DNA from: Isurus oxyrinchus
Taxonomy: Eukaryota
Assembly: GCA_026770705.1 (NCBI GenBank)
Contig: JANJGN010000052.1
Location: 2,728,001 to 2,792,000, forward strand
Direction of reading: 5' to 3'
Length of the DNA: 64,000 bases
Shown here: positions 37,690 to 50,035 of the stretch, piece after piece
How positions within the stretch are numbered: position 1 is the stretch's first letter
Layout: each line of letters opens with the position of its first letter
Translations under genes and position numbers: made by a program
Notes under the pieces: model-generated
What the model saw: the letters and a program-made list of their open reading frames with translations, nothing else
Databases searched by the model: none
Told to the model about the DNA's origin: nothing

Positions 37690-38285
37690 ACTATGACACA
37701 GCCAAGGGTAAAGGCTGAGTTGTTCAAATCCCAGAGGGAAAATTGAAACAACTGTCATAACCCAATTTTGCTGATTGTAATTTTGAGATGAAGACTTTGA
37801 ATTCAGCAGGAATAAGACGACCGAGGCTTTTGAGTTTTTTTATATAAAACTAAATAAACCATTTATTAATTTAACAACAAATTTAACACATACACATTGG
37901 CTACAAGTAACTACTATAATAAATTTTTAACAAATCCCCAATTAATCACCCCGACGTAAATCTCTACTAAGGCAACAATGAACCATTGACATAATATAGA
38001 CACCAGGCAAAGCACATTTGACAATACGAGTTCTGAATGAGGTTCCTTTGCTAGTTGGTTGGAGGCTACAGGCTGGTTAGGTCTGAAATGCTCCTGCCTC
38101 ACACACACAAGCTCCTTCCTTTATATAGCTAGCTTTCCCTTTGAATGTAAATTTTCCATTGTATCACTCGGACTTCTGAACTCCAGCTCTTCGAACAATA
38201 AAAGCCCCTTTCATTGCACCAATTTCATTAGTAAGTTCAAGAAAAAAACACATCCTACTTGTAATGTTCTTATATTCTTATACAG
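37690..38285 (-). mobile_element. LTR-like repeat fragment (related to 29230-29980, 32137-32880, 54760-55065)
   Basis: Shared TATGACACAGC...AAATCCCAGAGGGAAA..AACAACTGTCATAAC terminus. Confidence 0.55.
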
Positions 38286-38319
38286 ACACAAGGTTTACTG
38301 TCAGTGCACAGCAAAGTGC

Positions 38320-38479
38320 TGTTCTGTCACTTTGTTCCAACTTCCTCATTTTGTCTCACAGAGATACATCAGCTCTTTCTAATTAAATACACAGAGGGAG
38401 CAGCACAGGAAGAGGTCATTCAGCCCAAGCAGAGCGTGTGGGCAGTTCCTCCCCAGGCGAGCAGTCGGACAGGTCCTGG
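38320..38479 (+). promoter_or_regulatory. Gene B promoter/5' non-coding exon
   Basis: ACTTCCTC 38340-38347, TTAAATA 38383-38389, donor at 38480. Paralogous to 7500-7656. Confidence 0.65.
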
Positions 38480-38912
38480 GTAAGTAACGGAACGATTGGA
38501 ATTCACTTCCACCACCAACACCGTCCTTTGTTGATGTTGTGACTTTATAAAGACAGATTCCAATGATTGATGCCTTTGAAAGATTTCTACTGATTATTGA
38601 GATCTGGGTGTGAGGCTCAAGTCAGTTGTACAAAACATCTTTCTAGCTCAAGGGACATGAGCTTGGGGACATCCTGAGGTGGTGAAAGGTGCTATAGAAA
38701 TGCAAGTCCTTCATTGTTTTTCTTTCTGAAAGCCTTGTACCTCTCTGCAGAGCACCTATCATCCCACAAAGAATCAAATTAGTCTGTGAAGATATTGTCT
38801 AAAAGCAGTTCTGATCTCTCGAGAGCATTCGGACAAGAGGTGAAGTCTCATTAACTCCTTTCTCTTTCAGAACTTCAGAGTTATAAGCTGAGGAAATATC
38901 TGGGAGTGGACA

Positions 38913-38952
38913 ATGATCGGTAAATCATACTTCCTCCTGTCACTTCTCCAAG
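38913..38952 (+). CDS. Gene B leader exon (MIGKSYFLLSLLQ)
   Basis: Acceptor ends 38870, ATG at 38913, donor at 38953. Confidence 0.85.
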
Positions 38953-41900
38953 GTAATACCATTGTCAGCTCGGACAGATTTATGGTTAATAGTCTTTGTA
39001 AAAGATCATTCTTATTGAGCTCTGATAGGGAACCGATTCAGCAGTGAGCCAGTGTACATACTCACACCATGTCCCATTCACCCATCAGCCCTGTGCTCAC
39101 TGATGTACACTGACTCCCTGTCTGACAGCAGAATTGGAGGAGAGCAGAGGCCTTGGAGGGTTGTAGGGGCTGGAGGAGTGTACAGGGATAGGCAGGTTTG
39201 TAGCAGCGAGAGCAGAATCTTAAAATTCAGGTGCTGTCAGACGTTGGTCAGTGAGCGATGGGGATTGATGTGTTGAGTAGAGAAGCAGGGATAAAACCTT
39301 GGGGGTGAAGCCTATCCTAATGTTAGGTCTCCGATAGCAATGACCTGAAATTTGTGTCCTTTGCTGCCTTTATTCAAAATTGCCCATGAAGACAGCACAG
39401 CAGCTCCTAGAATAGACAGGCTGTTCAGTGTCACACTTCCTGTCCATTCTCACCTTGCTAGATACTTCAATAAGGGAGCAAGATAACTGAAAGAGAGAAG
39501 AAAGGCAAAGCTGTCCGTGTGTAAAACTGTCAAATATTCTGAGTTATCATGATTGTCTCTGACCTGCTGCAGAGTTTAAATTTCACAGAATCTGGGCACT
39601 TTGCAGCTCAGAGAGAGACCATTGACTCACTGCCTGAAAGGGCGGTGGAAGCAGATTCAACAGGAACTTTCAGAAGGGGAACTGGATAAATACTTGAAGG
39701 GAAATTTGCAGGGCTGTGTGAAAGGTGCTGGAGAGGAATTGGGAAAGAGCCAGCACATGCATGATGGGTCAAATTAGCTCCTCCTATGTTGTTTCATTCA
39801 ACAATCAGACAATTTAAGACCCTTGTCAGCAAATCTTCAGAATCCTGCTGAATCACAGCTGTTTCAGAAGGACAGGGAACAAGAGGTTTCTGGTATCAGC
39901 GTTTCATGTGGGGCCAGTTCAGTTTGAACAAAAAAAATGACAACAGCGCCTTTGAAAGTCATGAACCCACCACAGCGGCACCTCCGACACATGCAGAGCT
40001 CAGGCTAGAGGCGCTTTGTTAGTGTGTTTCACAGTGTCTGCTGGAGTAGGGTCAGTGCTGAGCTTGGGGACAAGTCAGTCTACAATGCTGCATCGGAATC
40101 AACAATACAACAATATGGGGTTTGGATCAGAAATAATCCCTTAGACAATGAGGATCCAAAGAGATTCCTCAGACAATGAGGATCCAAAGAGATTCCTTAT
40201 TCCATTGGTTGTCTAACTGGGGTCCATGATTTTCCAAGGGGTCCTTGGCAGAATCAAATTATCGAGCAATAGTGTGTAAAATACCGGAGAGAACGGGAAA
40301 GGTGGGATCAATGGAAAACTGTTCACTCTGTTTACACTAATGGGAGTTAGTCTCAGTAATGGAGACCATGAAACTATCATCGATTGTCATACACACCCAT
40401 CTGGTTCACTAATGGCCTTTAGGGAAGGAAATCTGCCGTCTATATCTGGTCTGGCCTACATGTGACTCCAGACTCATAGCAACGTGGTTCCTCTGAAATG
40501 TCCGAGCAAACCATCCAGTTCTCACCATGCTAGAAACTTCAATAAGGGAGTAAGATAACTGAAAGAGAGAAGGAAGGTAAAGCTGCTCATGTGGATAGAT
40601 GTCAAATATCCTGAGTGATCATGATTGTCTCTACTCTGCTACAGAGATTATGTCACGGGACATTAGAGATGGGCAGCAAATGCTGGCCTTGGCAGCGACG
40701 CCCACATCCCATGAATGAATACATTTACAAAATCTTATTACTTGGAAGGTGCAAGTGCAGGTTGTTATGATCCTTGAGCAGACCCTCTCAGCACTGACCC
40801 TACTCCAGCAGACCCTGTGAAACACACTAACAAAGCGCCTCTCGCCTGAGCTCTGCATGTGTCGGAGGTGCCGCTGTGGTGGGTTCATGACTTTCAAAGA
40901 TGGTGTTGTTTATTTGTTCAAACTGAACTGGGCCCCACATGAAACGCTGCTACCAGAAACCTCTTGTTCCCTGTCCTTCTGAAATATCCGTGACTTCAGC
41001 AGGATTCTGAAGAGTTGCTGATGGAGGAACAGAAACCAATTTTTTTTGGTAATTTACAGTTAGGAACAAGTAATGTTTTGTTTCAAGGAGACGAGGTTTG
41101 AGATTTAAGACGCCTGCGAAGAGAATAAAGCTACAAGATTCCTGTGAGGTGGAACGTCACTGAGGCCATCCGAGTTGAAGCGACTTTTGGAGAGAATTCC
41201 AAGGCAGGATGTACGAAGTTGAAGATTGGAATCCCTCATGAGAGAAACAGAGTTTCCATGGCTTTTAAACAAACAAAAATAAACTTTACTGCACCAGCTC
41301 AGAAAGATAAAATAATTCACAATATCCACCTTATACCCTAACATTCTGGATTAATATGAGCTCATGTGAATTAACAGACAAACTGTGGTCTCACAGCCAC
41401 ACTACTCATTAAATTGTAAACGCGACCAAGACAGATCCCATGGATTTCACAACAACCCACCCGGACATCAGTGAACACTGTCAGTCAACCAATCTCACTG
41501 AAACTCTATTCTCTCATGAGGGATTCCAATCTTCAACTTCGTACATCCTGCCTTGGAATTCTCTCCAAAAGTCGCTTCAACTCGGATGGCCTCAGTGACG
41601 TTCCACCTCACAGGGTTTCCATCTCTTCTCCTGAGGCTCCATTGCCCTGGATTCCCGACTATATACTCAAGCACCTCTAGGATTAGATGAAAGGTTTTGA
41701 TTGACTGGGGAGACAAAGAATTTTCACTCTTGTGGGCAGGAGAATAACTAGAGGCCGAGTGATTGGTGATTCCTTAAACATTGAAGAGGGAATGAACACC
41801 AAAGAGATTGAATCAGATTAGCCAATCAGCTGTGTTGAAGAGCAGACAGGAATGTTAGGCTAATTAGTGATTCATGACGGTGATAATGAGGGGAGTTCTG

Positions 41901-44900
41901 AGGGCTCCTAATCCATTGTCCTGTCTTGTAAATCAGCACTGAATGGATCTCAATTGGTGGGTCTTGTAGACACTGTGTTGGGTGGAAGACTGGCTTCACT
42001 AAGGGGAAGCGGTAGCAGAGAGGTATTGTCACTGGGCTAGTATTCCAGAGGCCCAGGGTGATGCTCTGGGGCCCTGGGTGTAAATCCCATCACAGCAGAT
42101 GAATGGGATTAAAAAGCCTGGTTCACTGATCACCTATAGGGAAGGAAATCTGCCACCCTTACCCAGTCTGGCCGACATGTCACTCCAAACCCACAGCAAT
42201 TTGGTTGAATCTTAAATACCTCTGATGGACATGGGATGGGTAATAAATGCTATGAATGAATAATTTGAAAAAACTAAACAGGGTCCTGAGGACCATGAGC
42301 CAATGTAGAATCAACTAGTCCACTCCTGTGTCCAGGATTCTCTTCCATCCATTGTGAAACCTTGGGGATTTCCTTGTGTGTCCTGTAGATGGTCCACACT
42401 GCAGCCACTGTGCCCTAGTGATGGAGGGAGTAGATATCAAGTCTAGTGGATCGAAAAAAGATCCAGAGTTAAATATTGATATTTCTCTCCCCAGTTGGAC
42501 TGTCACAAGAGTGGAAAGGTGACACTCCACGAGAGGTGACAGCTCATGAAAGTTCGTGTGTACAGATTCCATGTCATTACAGTTATCCATCACATTTGGA
42601 AAACCAACCGCGAGGTGGAGTCTGGTTTAATAATGAGAAACAGATTCCCTGGGCTCCCATTGCCTTTCACTCCAAGGATCACAGTCACGAGTTACCACGG
42701 TTCCGCCATCGGACCCGGCTGTCTGGAGACCTGAAAGATGGCGACTGTTCCCTGATTATAAACAACATCAGACGGGAAGATGCAGGACCTTATTTTTTCA
42801 GAATAGAATTTGACAATGGTCCGAGCCATAACTATTACCCTGTAACCCAGCTTCACGTTTCTGGTAAGTGCTGTGTTATAATTACTCAACAATTCACATC
42901 CAACACTCAATGGGAAATAACACAAACTGTGACGTTTACCTATTAACACAAAACACAGCTTATTATAACACACCGTCTGATTCTCAATAACCTGGTGATC
43001 GCTTCCAGTTCAGTCCTAAAGCAACCTCTAATATTCTTTAATATCAATGATTAAATGTGTTGACTGTGTCCATCAATGTTATCAGGTTATACACTCCCAT
43101 CAATCTCTCTAATCCTGTTTAAAAGTCTGACAAATCGACAAAGTAAAGACTTGCATTCCTATAGCGTCTTTCACCACCTCACCACGTACCAAATCACTTC
43201 ACAGACAATGAAGAAATTCTTGAAGTATAGTCACTGTCTAACGTGGCAGTGAGTTTGTTCACAGGAAGCTCCCACAGAGAGCAATGGGATCAGTGACCCA
43301 GATCTCTGAGAGAATGATGAGCCAGGGTTCCATGAGCTGTGGGCTGCTCCATCACCCACACCCCAGTGTTGGCAATTCAAGGGTCTGGGAGTGAAAGTGT
43401 ATTCAGCTCAGTGACACGTTCCCCACCAAGTTTGAAAATAGGAAAGTTGCTGCTGATTGTTGTGACCTCTCAGTTCCCATCTCATTCTTGGAAACCTGCT
43501 TTCAAAATACAAAAGTAAGTCTCACATTTCCATAGCGCCTTTTACCACCTCAGGACGATCCTAAACTGATTCACAGCCAATGAAGTGATTCTTGAAGTAC
43601 ACGTTCTCCCCAGTCTCTGGGTAAAGAAGTTTCTCCTGAATTCCCCATTGGATTTATTAGTGAGGATGTTATATTGTCAGCCTCTAGTTTTGTTCATTGT
43701 GAGGAGTGGAAACACTCTCTCCATGTCTACTCGATCAAAACCTTTCATTACTTCAAAGATCAAATGAGGTCACCCCTCAACCTTCTCTGTTCAAGAGAAC
43801 AGAGACCCATCCTCTACATCCTCTCCTGATAGGTAAAGCCTCACGTTGCTGTGATCATCCTTGTGAAGCTTTTTACCACGCTCTCCAGTGTCTCCATATC
43901 CTTTTTACAATATGGGGACCGGAACTGCACACGTAACTCCAGCTGCAGTCAGACCAAGGTACAGAACAAGTTTCACATCACTTCTCTACTTTTCAATTCA
44001 ATCCCTGGAGAAATAATCTCGAGTGTTTAGTTTGTATGTTTAATCCCCTTGTTAACCTGTGTCCCCACGTTTACTGATTCCTGTATTTCTGCCCCAGATC
44101 ACGTTGTTCCTCTACCCCAATTAGATTCTTATTTTCGAGGTAAGATTCAAGCTCCTCATTTTCCTGAACAAAATGTAATGCCTCAAATTTATTAACGTAG
44201 AAACTCATTTGTCAATGACCTGCCCATTCTGCAAGTTTATTAATATCTTTCTATAATGTAAAAGCAAAATTCTCCAGATGCTGGAAATCTGTAACTAAAA
44301 CAAAAATTGCTGGAAAAACTCAGCAGGTCTGACAGTATCTGTGGAGAGGAAGACAGAGTTAATGTTTCGAGTCCGTATGATTCTTCATCAGAATGTATAT
44401 CTTCCTGTAATTTGTTCCAGTCCTCCTCAGTATTGACCATCCCCCCAATTCAGCCTCATCTGTAAATATCGGGTTCAGTGGATCCACAAACCTTCCAGAG
44501 ATAAATATTGAGATTTCTCTCCCCAGCTGAACCCTCACAAGAGTGGAAAGGTGACACTCCACGAGAGGTGACAGCGCAGGAAGGTTCGTGTGTACAGATT
44601 CCATGTCATTACAGTTATCCATCGTGTCTGGAAAACCAACCGCGAGGTGGAGTCTGGTTTAATAATGAGAAACAGATTCCCTGGTCTCCCATTGCCTTTC
44701 ACTCCAAGGATCACAGTCACGAGTTACCACGGTTCCACAATCGGACCCGGCTGTCTGGAGACCTGAAAGATGGCGACTGTTCCCTGATTATAAACAACAT
44801 CAGACGGGAAGATGAAGGACCTTATTTTTTCAGAATAGAATTTGGCAATGGTCCGGGCCATAACTATTACCCTGTAACCCAGCTTCACGTTTCTGGTAAG

Positions 44901-47900
44901 TGCTGTGTTATAAATACTCAACAATTCACATCCAACACTCAATGGGAAATAACACAAACTGTGACGTTTACATATTAACACAAAACACAGCTTATTATAA
45001 CACACTGTCTGATTCTCAATAACCTGGTGATAGCTTCCAGTTCTGTCCTAAAGCAACCTTTAATACTCACTTTAATATCAATGATTAAATGTATTCCACT
45101 CCCATCGATCTCTCTAATCGTGTCTAACAGTCTATCAGGATCGTTAAAACATCTCAGTTCTGATATCATCCTCATAAAAATGCTTTCTCTTGTGGGACTG
45201 TGATTTCTATTTGAACTGATGCTTCACGTTATATTTCTCTAAAAGGATCCATTCTCTGTCTGTTAGATTTCACAGATAAACCCACGATATTCCCTGCTGA
45301 AATTATTGCAGGAAAGCGTGTGGATGTAAGCTGCACCTTCAACACAACGTGCAATGGAACAGCAGCACCTGTCTTAACCTGGGACACTCCCACTGACGTA
45401 CCTGGATCAGTCTCAAACACTGTAACTCAGCATGGTGTCTCTCTGACCTATACTTCTGTTCTGACCCTGATCCCATCACTCAAACACCATGGATACACTC
45501 TCAGCTGCAGAGTGAGATATCCATCTGTTTCATCGGAGCGGACCCTCGTACTAACTGTGCAAGGTAAGTACATACACCTTTCATTCTATATTAGCTAGAG
45601 AGCTCCACATAGTACACTGCAAGATGCCACAAATTCATTGTGTTTAGCTACAAATCAATCGTCTTTAACTGATACAAATTCACCTCTGACACTGCAGCAG
45701 TCTCTCAGTACTGAACCTCTGACAGTGCAACACTCCCTCAGTACTGATCCACTGACAGTGCAGCACTCCCTCAGTACTGACCCTTCGACAGTGCGGCACT
45801 CCCTCAGTACTGACCCTTCGACAGTGCAGCACTCCCTCAGTACTGAACCTGTGACAGTGCAACACTCCCTCAGTACTGATCCACTGACAGTGCAGCACTA
45901 CGTCAGTACTGACCCTTCGACAGTGCAGCACTCCCTCAGTACTAACCCTCCGACAATGCAGCACTCCCTCAGTACTGAACTGAGGTGTCTGCCTGGATTA
46001 TGGGCTTTGTGGTGAAAGAACCTATATTGATATCACACCTTTCACATTCTCAGTGTCTCTCAAAGTGCTTCACAGTCAGTGTAAGTTAATTGATGTTTAT
46101 TTGTTTTTAGATGCACCACAGAATCTCTCATTTACTTCTCTTGAAATGATTAACGCTTCATCGATCAATATAATTGAGGGGAATTCTACAGTGATAATCT
46201 GCTCTGTCGAGAGCTTCCCAGCTTCTAACCTGACGTGGCAACATCTTAATGTCCCAATGAACAGAACAAGTTCCAACAATGAGCTGTGGTTGGTGATTCC
46301 TCACGTTACATCCAGGGACACTGGAGACTATCAGTGTGTGGCAGAGAATGAACATGGAGCAGTGGAGGGATTCATAACCATCACTGTGGAATGTGAGTGT
46401 GGAGATACATTTGTTTGTTTGTTGTCTCCGTGGTCTCCGTGGAGCCATTGGGATCGTGTTGTTTTTAATCCAGTTTTCTTCAATCCTCGCTCAGTCCACG
46501 TTATCCACACACCCAATTTTTCCTCTCCCTTTCTGTTTTTGCTCTCAGTTTCTCCTTCAATGGTTGTGAGGACAAGGCTGTCAGGTCTTCGTTTCCAATC
46601 TCCATACTTGACGACCTTTCTCTCTCTAACTGTCCTGAACAACCCTTTTAAATGCTGAACTTCTCATTCTTTAATTGATAAATATATATAAATGTTACAT
46701 GGATTACTTTGAAATGCAACACTTGTATTCATAAATTGCTTAGAAATTACTAAACATTCAACAGCCAATGAAGCATTATCGAAGTGAGCACACTTTTGTA
46801 ATGAAGGAAACACAGGTACTGATTTGTGCACAGCAAGATCCCGCAAATCACCGTGTGATAATGACCTGATAGTCGATTATTTCAGTGAGGTTGGTTGTTA
46901 CATGTGTAGAGACTACATACCCTTTAGGGAGGGAAGCATGTCTCGATGTGGATGTGACTCCAGTCTCAGACACCAACATGGTTAACTCTTACCTGCCCTC
47001 TGAACTGGTCTCCCAGTTTGGGACAAACCAGTGGTTCAGGAGGAAGACTCCCCACCACCTTCTCAAGGGGAAACTAGGGATGGACAATAAATGTCAGCAT
47101 TGCCCGAGAATGAGTATTTAAACACTGAGTGAGTGTATCGCTTCTCGAGATACATCGGAGCATCATTGTAAACCTGTAGTGCAGTAATTAATGGCTGTTT
47201 TTACAGGTAGAGACTCCAGTAAATGGACAGTAGGATTGTTCACGGCTGGGATCATGTTGAGTGTTTTCCTGGCTGGAATCTTCATCTTCATCTGTGTGAG
47301 AAAGTAAGTCTGAAGATTTAACTTGATTTTAATATAAACATTTGCTTCAATGTTCTTTCCTGAAGTCGGTGATTGTTTCCCTTGGGATCAGCACCAGGTC
47401 CCTCTCTGTAAGTGATCCCTGTGTCCACTCTGATCCGGAGAGAACCTTTCATTGTCCTGTATCCAGGTAAACAATCACGAGACCCAGAGATTCCTCACTC
47501 TGCACGATTACTCCGGGATAAATATTTGCTTCAATGTTCTTTCCTTAAGTCGGTGATTGTTTCCCTTGGGATCAGCACCAGGTCCCTCTCCGTAACTGGT
47601 CCCTGTGTCCACTCTGATCCGGAGAGAACCTTTCATTGTCCTGTATCCAGTAAACAATCACGAGACCCAGAGATTCCTCACTCTGCACGATTACTCCTGG
47701 ATAAATATTTGCTTCAATGTTCTTTCCTGAAGTCGGTGATTGTTTCCCTTGTGTTAAGCGCTAGATGCCTCTCTGTAACTGGTCTCTTTTGTCCCTTACG
47801 ATCCAGACAGTGTTTTTCATTGCCCGTTATCCAGATGAATAATAATCAGTTGCTGTGATCTGGAAGGTGCTGCCTGAAAGGGCGCTGGAAGCAGATTTAA

Positions 47901-49744
47901 TAGGATCTTTCAAAAGGGGAATTGGATAAATACTTGAAGGTGGAACATTTGAAGGGCTATGGGGGGAAGAGCAGGGGTGGAGGGGGGGGTCAAAGATATG
48001 GCGTGTCATTATAATGATATTATACCTTAGGCTTATTTATTGTACAAGAAACAAAGCACCAATCGCTCACAGGGATTGGGTGAGAATGTTAATGATTTGT
48101 TTATCAAGACTCGGCACGAGAACAGTTATACATATGGAGAAAGATTGAAGGCATCAGAGCTGTGAGTGTGTGTTCTGCTCAAAGCAAAAGTCAAACTAAG
48201 ATTGGATCACATGACACACTTCCATTATAGTGATGTCACGCTGATACCCCTTATTGGAACTAGAGACAGTCCAGTCGTTGGTGTAAGGTTACACTGGGCT
48301 CTGTGTCTGTGCTGCACTGACTCTCTGCTATATGATAACCACAGTGTGATATTGTGTTATTGCAGGAGAAAGACAGCGATAGAGGAGAGAGTTTCAGGGA
48401 CCAGTGACATTGTATTGACCCCCAGTCCACTCTCTGTGAAGCATCAGGTACAGGAGCTGTTTACACTCACTCCAAAGCTTCTATCTCAGTGTGTAGACAA
48501 CACATGTCCCAGATTCCCAGCCAGGTTACCCACAGATATCTACCTGTGGAGTCAGATATGGCTCAGTAGGTAGCATTGTCTCTCGCTCCCTCCCCCTCTT
48601 CCCTCCATCACTTGCTCTTTGACCAGAAACCTGAACGCAATAATGACAAGGCACCTGATGTCAGTAGTGAGGGAGTGCTGCACTGTCCTAGGGTCTGTGC
48701 TGAGGGAGTGCTGGAGTGTCAGAAGGTCAGTACTGAGGGAGTGTTGCACTGTCAGAAGGTCTGTACTGAGGGAGAGCTAGACTGTCAGAGGGTCAGTACT
48801 GAGGGAGTGCTGCGCTGTCATAGGGTCAGTACTGAGGGAGTGCTAGACTGTTGGACGGTCAGTACTGAGGGAGTGCTGCACTGTCGGAGGGTCAGTACTG
48901 AGGGAGTGCTGCACTGTCGGATGGTCAGTACTGAGGACAGTACTGAGTGAGTGCTGCACTGTCAAAGAGTCCATTTTCAAGGGGCGCTGCCCTCTTGAAG
49001 GGGCAGTTCCGAGGGAGTGCTGCACTGTCAGGAGTCAGCACTGAGAGAACATTGCAGTGTTCGAGGTGCCTCTTTCAGAATAGTTGTATAATGCTGACCA
49101 TGTTTACCATCTTATCTGGTCCCATGGCCACATTTCCAACACTGTAGCAGTGTCGCCCTTCAATAAAATTCCTTCATTGGCGTGAGGTTCTTTGTGTGTC
49201 TGTGTTTGTGAATAATGGGGCACAAATCTCATGATTGGGATGGTAACATAGGACTTCAAGACTCAGGTCTGCGATAGCGAGAGAGATTAAATGATAAGTA
49301 GAGAGAGAAAACAAGAGAGAGAGAGAGAAAGAGAGACAGAGAAAGAGATTGAAAAAAAGGAGACAGAGAAAGAGAGTGAAAAAGAGGGTTAAACCCATTG
49401 AGACATGACTGACAGTAACGAGGCTGCAGAATAACTTAACCCTATCAGTGCCAGTAAATGATGTGAGGATGTCTTCTGTTTCTATTTCTCTGTAGGGTAA
49501 ACAGAACATGCTGATTACTGAGCCCCGGAACACAACCAGAGACACAACTAGTGAGGGGGAGACCCCAGCTCCCCGGGGTCTCTCTGAAGGTCCAGTGGGA
49601 GGCGATGTTGGACATGGGAACTCCGACAAACCCGACGAGCTTTTCTACGCCAACATCAACTTTTCAAAGCTGCCCAGCGGTGACAGGACTGTGCACAGGA
49701 GCGAGGACACGGAATATGCACAGATCAGGTTCCAGAAAAACTGA
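38913..49744 (+). CDS. Siglec-like inhibitory receptor gene B, V-V-C2-C2-TM-ITIM-ITSM, 594 aa (38913-38952, 42495-42863, 44527-44895, 45267-45563, 46111-46392, 47207-47303, 48366-48447, 49496-49744)
   Basis: Eight coding exons with canonical splice sites sum to 1785 nt with an open frame. Both V domains keep YFFR. Confidence 0.85.
42005..42262 (+). mobile_element. tRNA-derived SINE (related piece at 40350-40510)
   Basis: A/B-box-like head. The 3' tail GGGATGGG.AATAAATGCT..ATGAATGAA is shared with the LINE 3' ends. Confidence 0.6.
42495..42863 (+). CDS. V-set exon V4 (gene B domain 1)
   Basis: 369 nt, begins with leader remnant VGLSQEW, YFFR. Confidence 0.92.
44527..44895 (+). CDS. V-set exon V5 (gene B domain 2)
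   Basis: 369 nt, begins AEPSQEW, YPSCLENQ, YFFR. Confidence 0.92.
45267..45563 (+). CDS. C2-set exon of gene B
   Basis: 297 nt, near-identical to 10376-10672. Confidence 0.92.
46111..46392 (+). CDS. Membrane-proximal Ig exon of gene B
   Basis: 282 nt, near-identical to 13611-13892. Confidence 0.92.
47207..47303 (+). CDS. Gene B transmembrane exon
   Basis: Identical by eye to 27944-28040. Confidence 0.9.
47335..47835 (+). repeat. ~182-bp intronic tandem triplication
   Basis: Units start near 47338, 47520 and 47702 (ATTTGCTTCAATGTTCTTTCC). Single copy in gene A at 28075-28255. Confidence 0.85.
48366..48447 (+). CDS. Gene B cytoplasmic exon 1
   Basis: 82 nt, RKTAIEERVSGTSDIVLTPSPLSVKHQ. Confidence 0.85.
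49496..49744 (+). CDS. Gene B terminal exon with ITIM LFYANI and ITSM TEYAQI
   Basis: Acceptor ttctctgtag. Motif order matches the CD33-related Siglec tail arrangement. Confidence 0.9.
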   Translation, partial: GKQNMLITEPRNTTRDTTSEGETPAPRGLSEGPVGGDVGHGNSDKPDELFYANINFSKLPSGDRTVHRSEDTEYAQIRFQKN

Positions 49745-50035
49745 GTGTGAAACAGGGAGCGGGGCTGTGGGGTGTGTGCAGCCAACATGGCCAAATAGTA
49801 ATGAACACAAATATGATGTTGCTCAACTTTTTTTTATTGGTTATAACTGAGCTTTCTGAATGCTGCACCTTTTTCCATGCTGTAAAAGATTGTGAGAAGC
49901 TTATGTATTATGTATAATTTAACATCTGTTAATACAAGGTGAGGTGAGAGTGACTGCCTTTGACATCAAGGCTGCATTTGACCGAGTGTGGCATCTAGGA
50001 GCCCGAGTAAAACTGGAGTCAATGGGAATCAGGGG

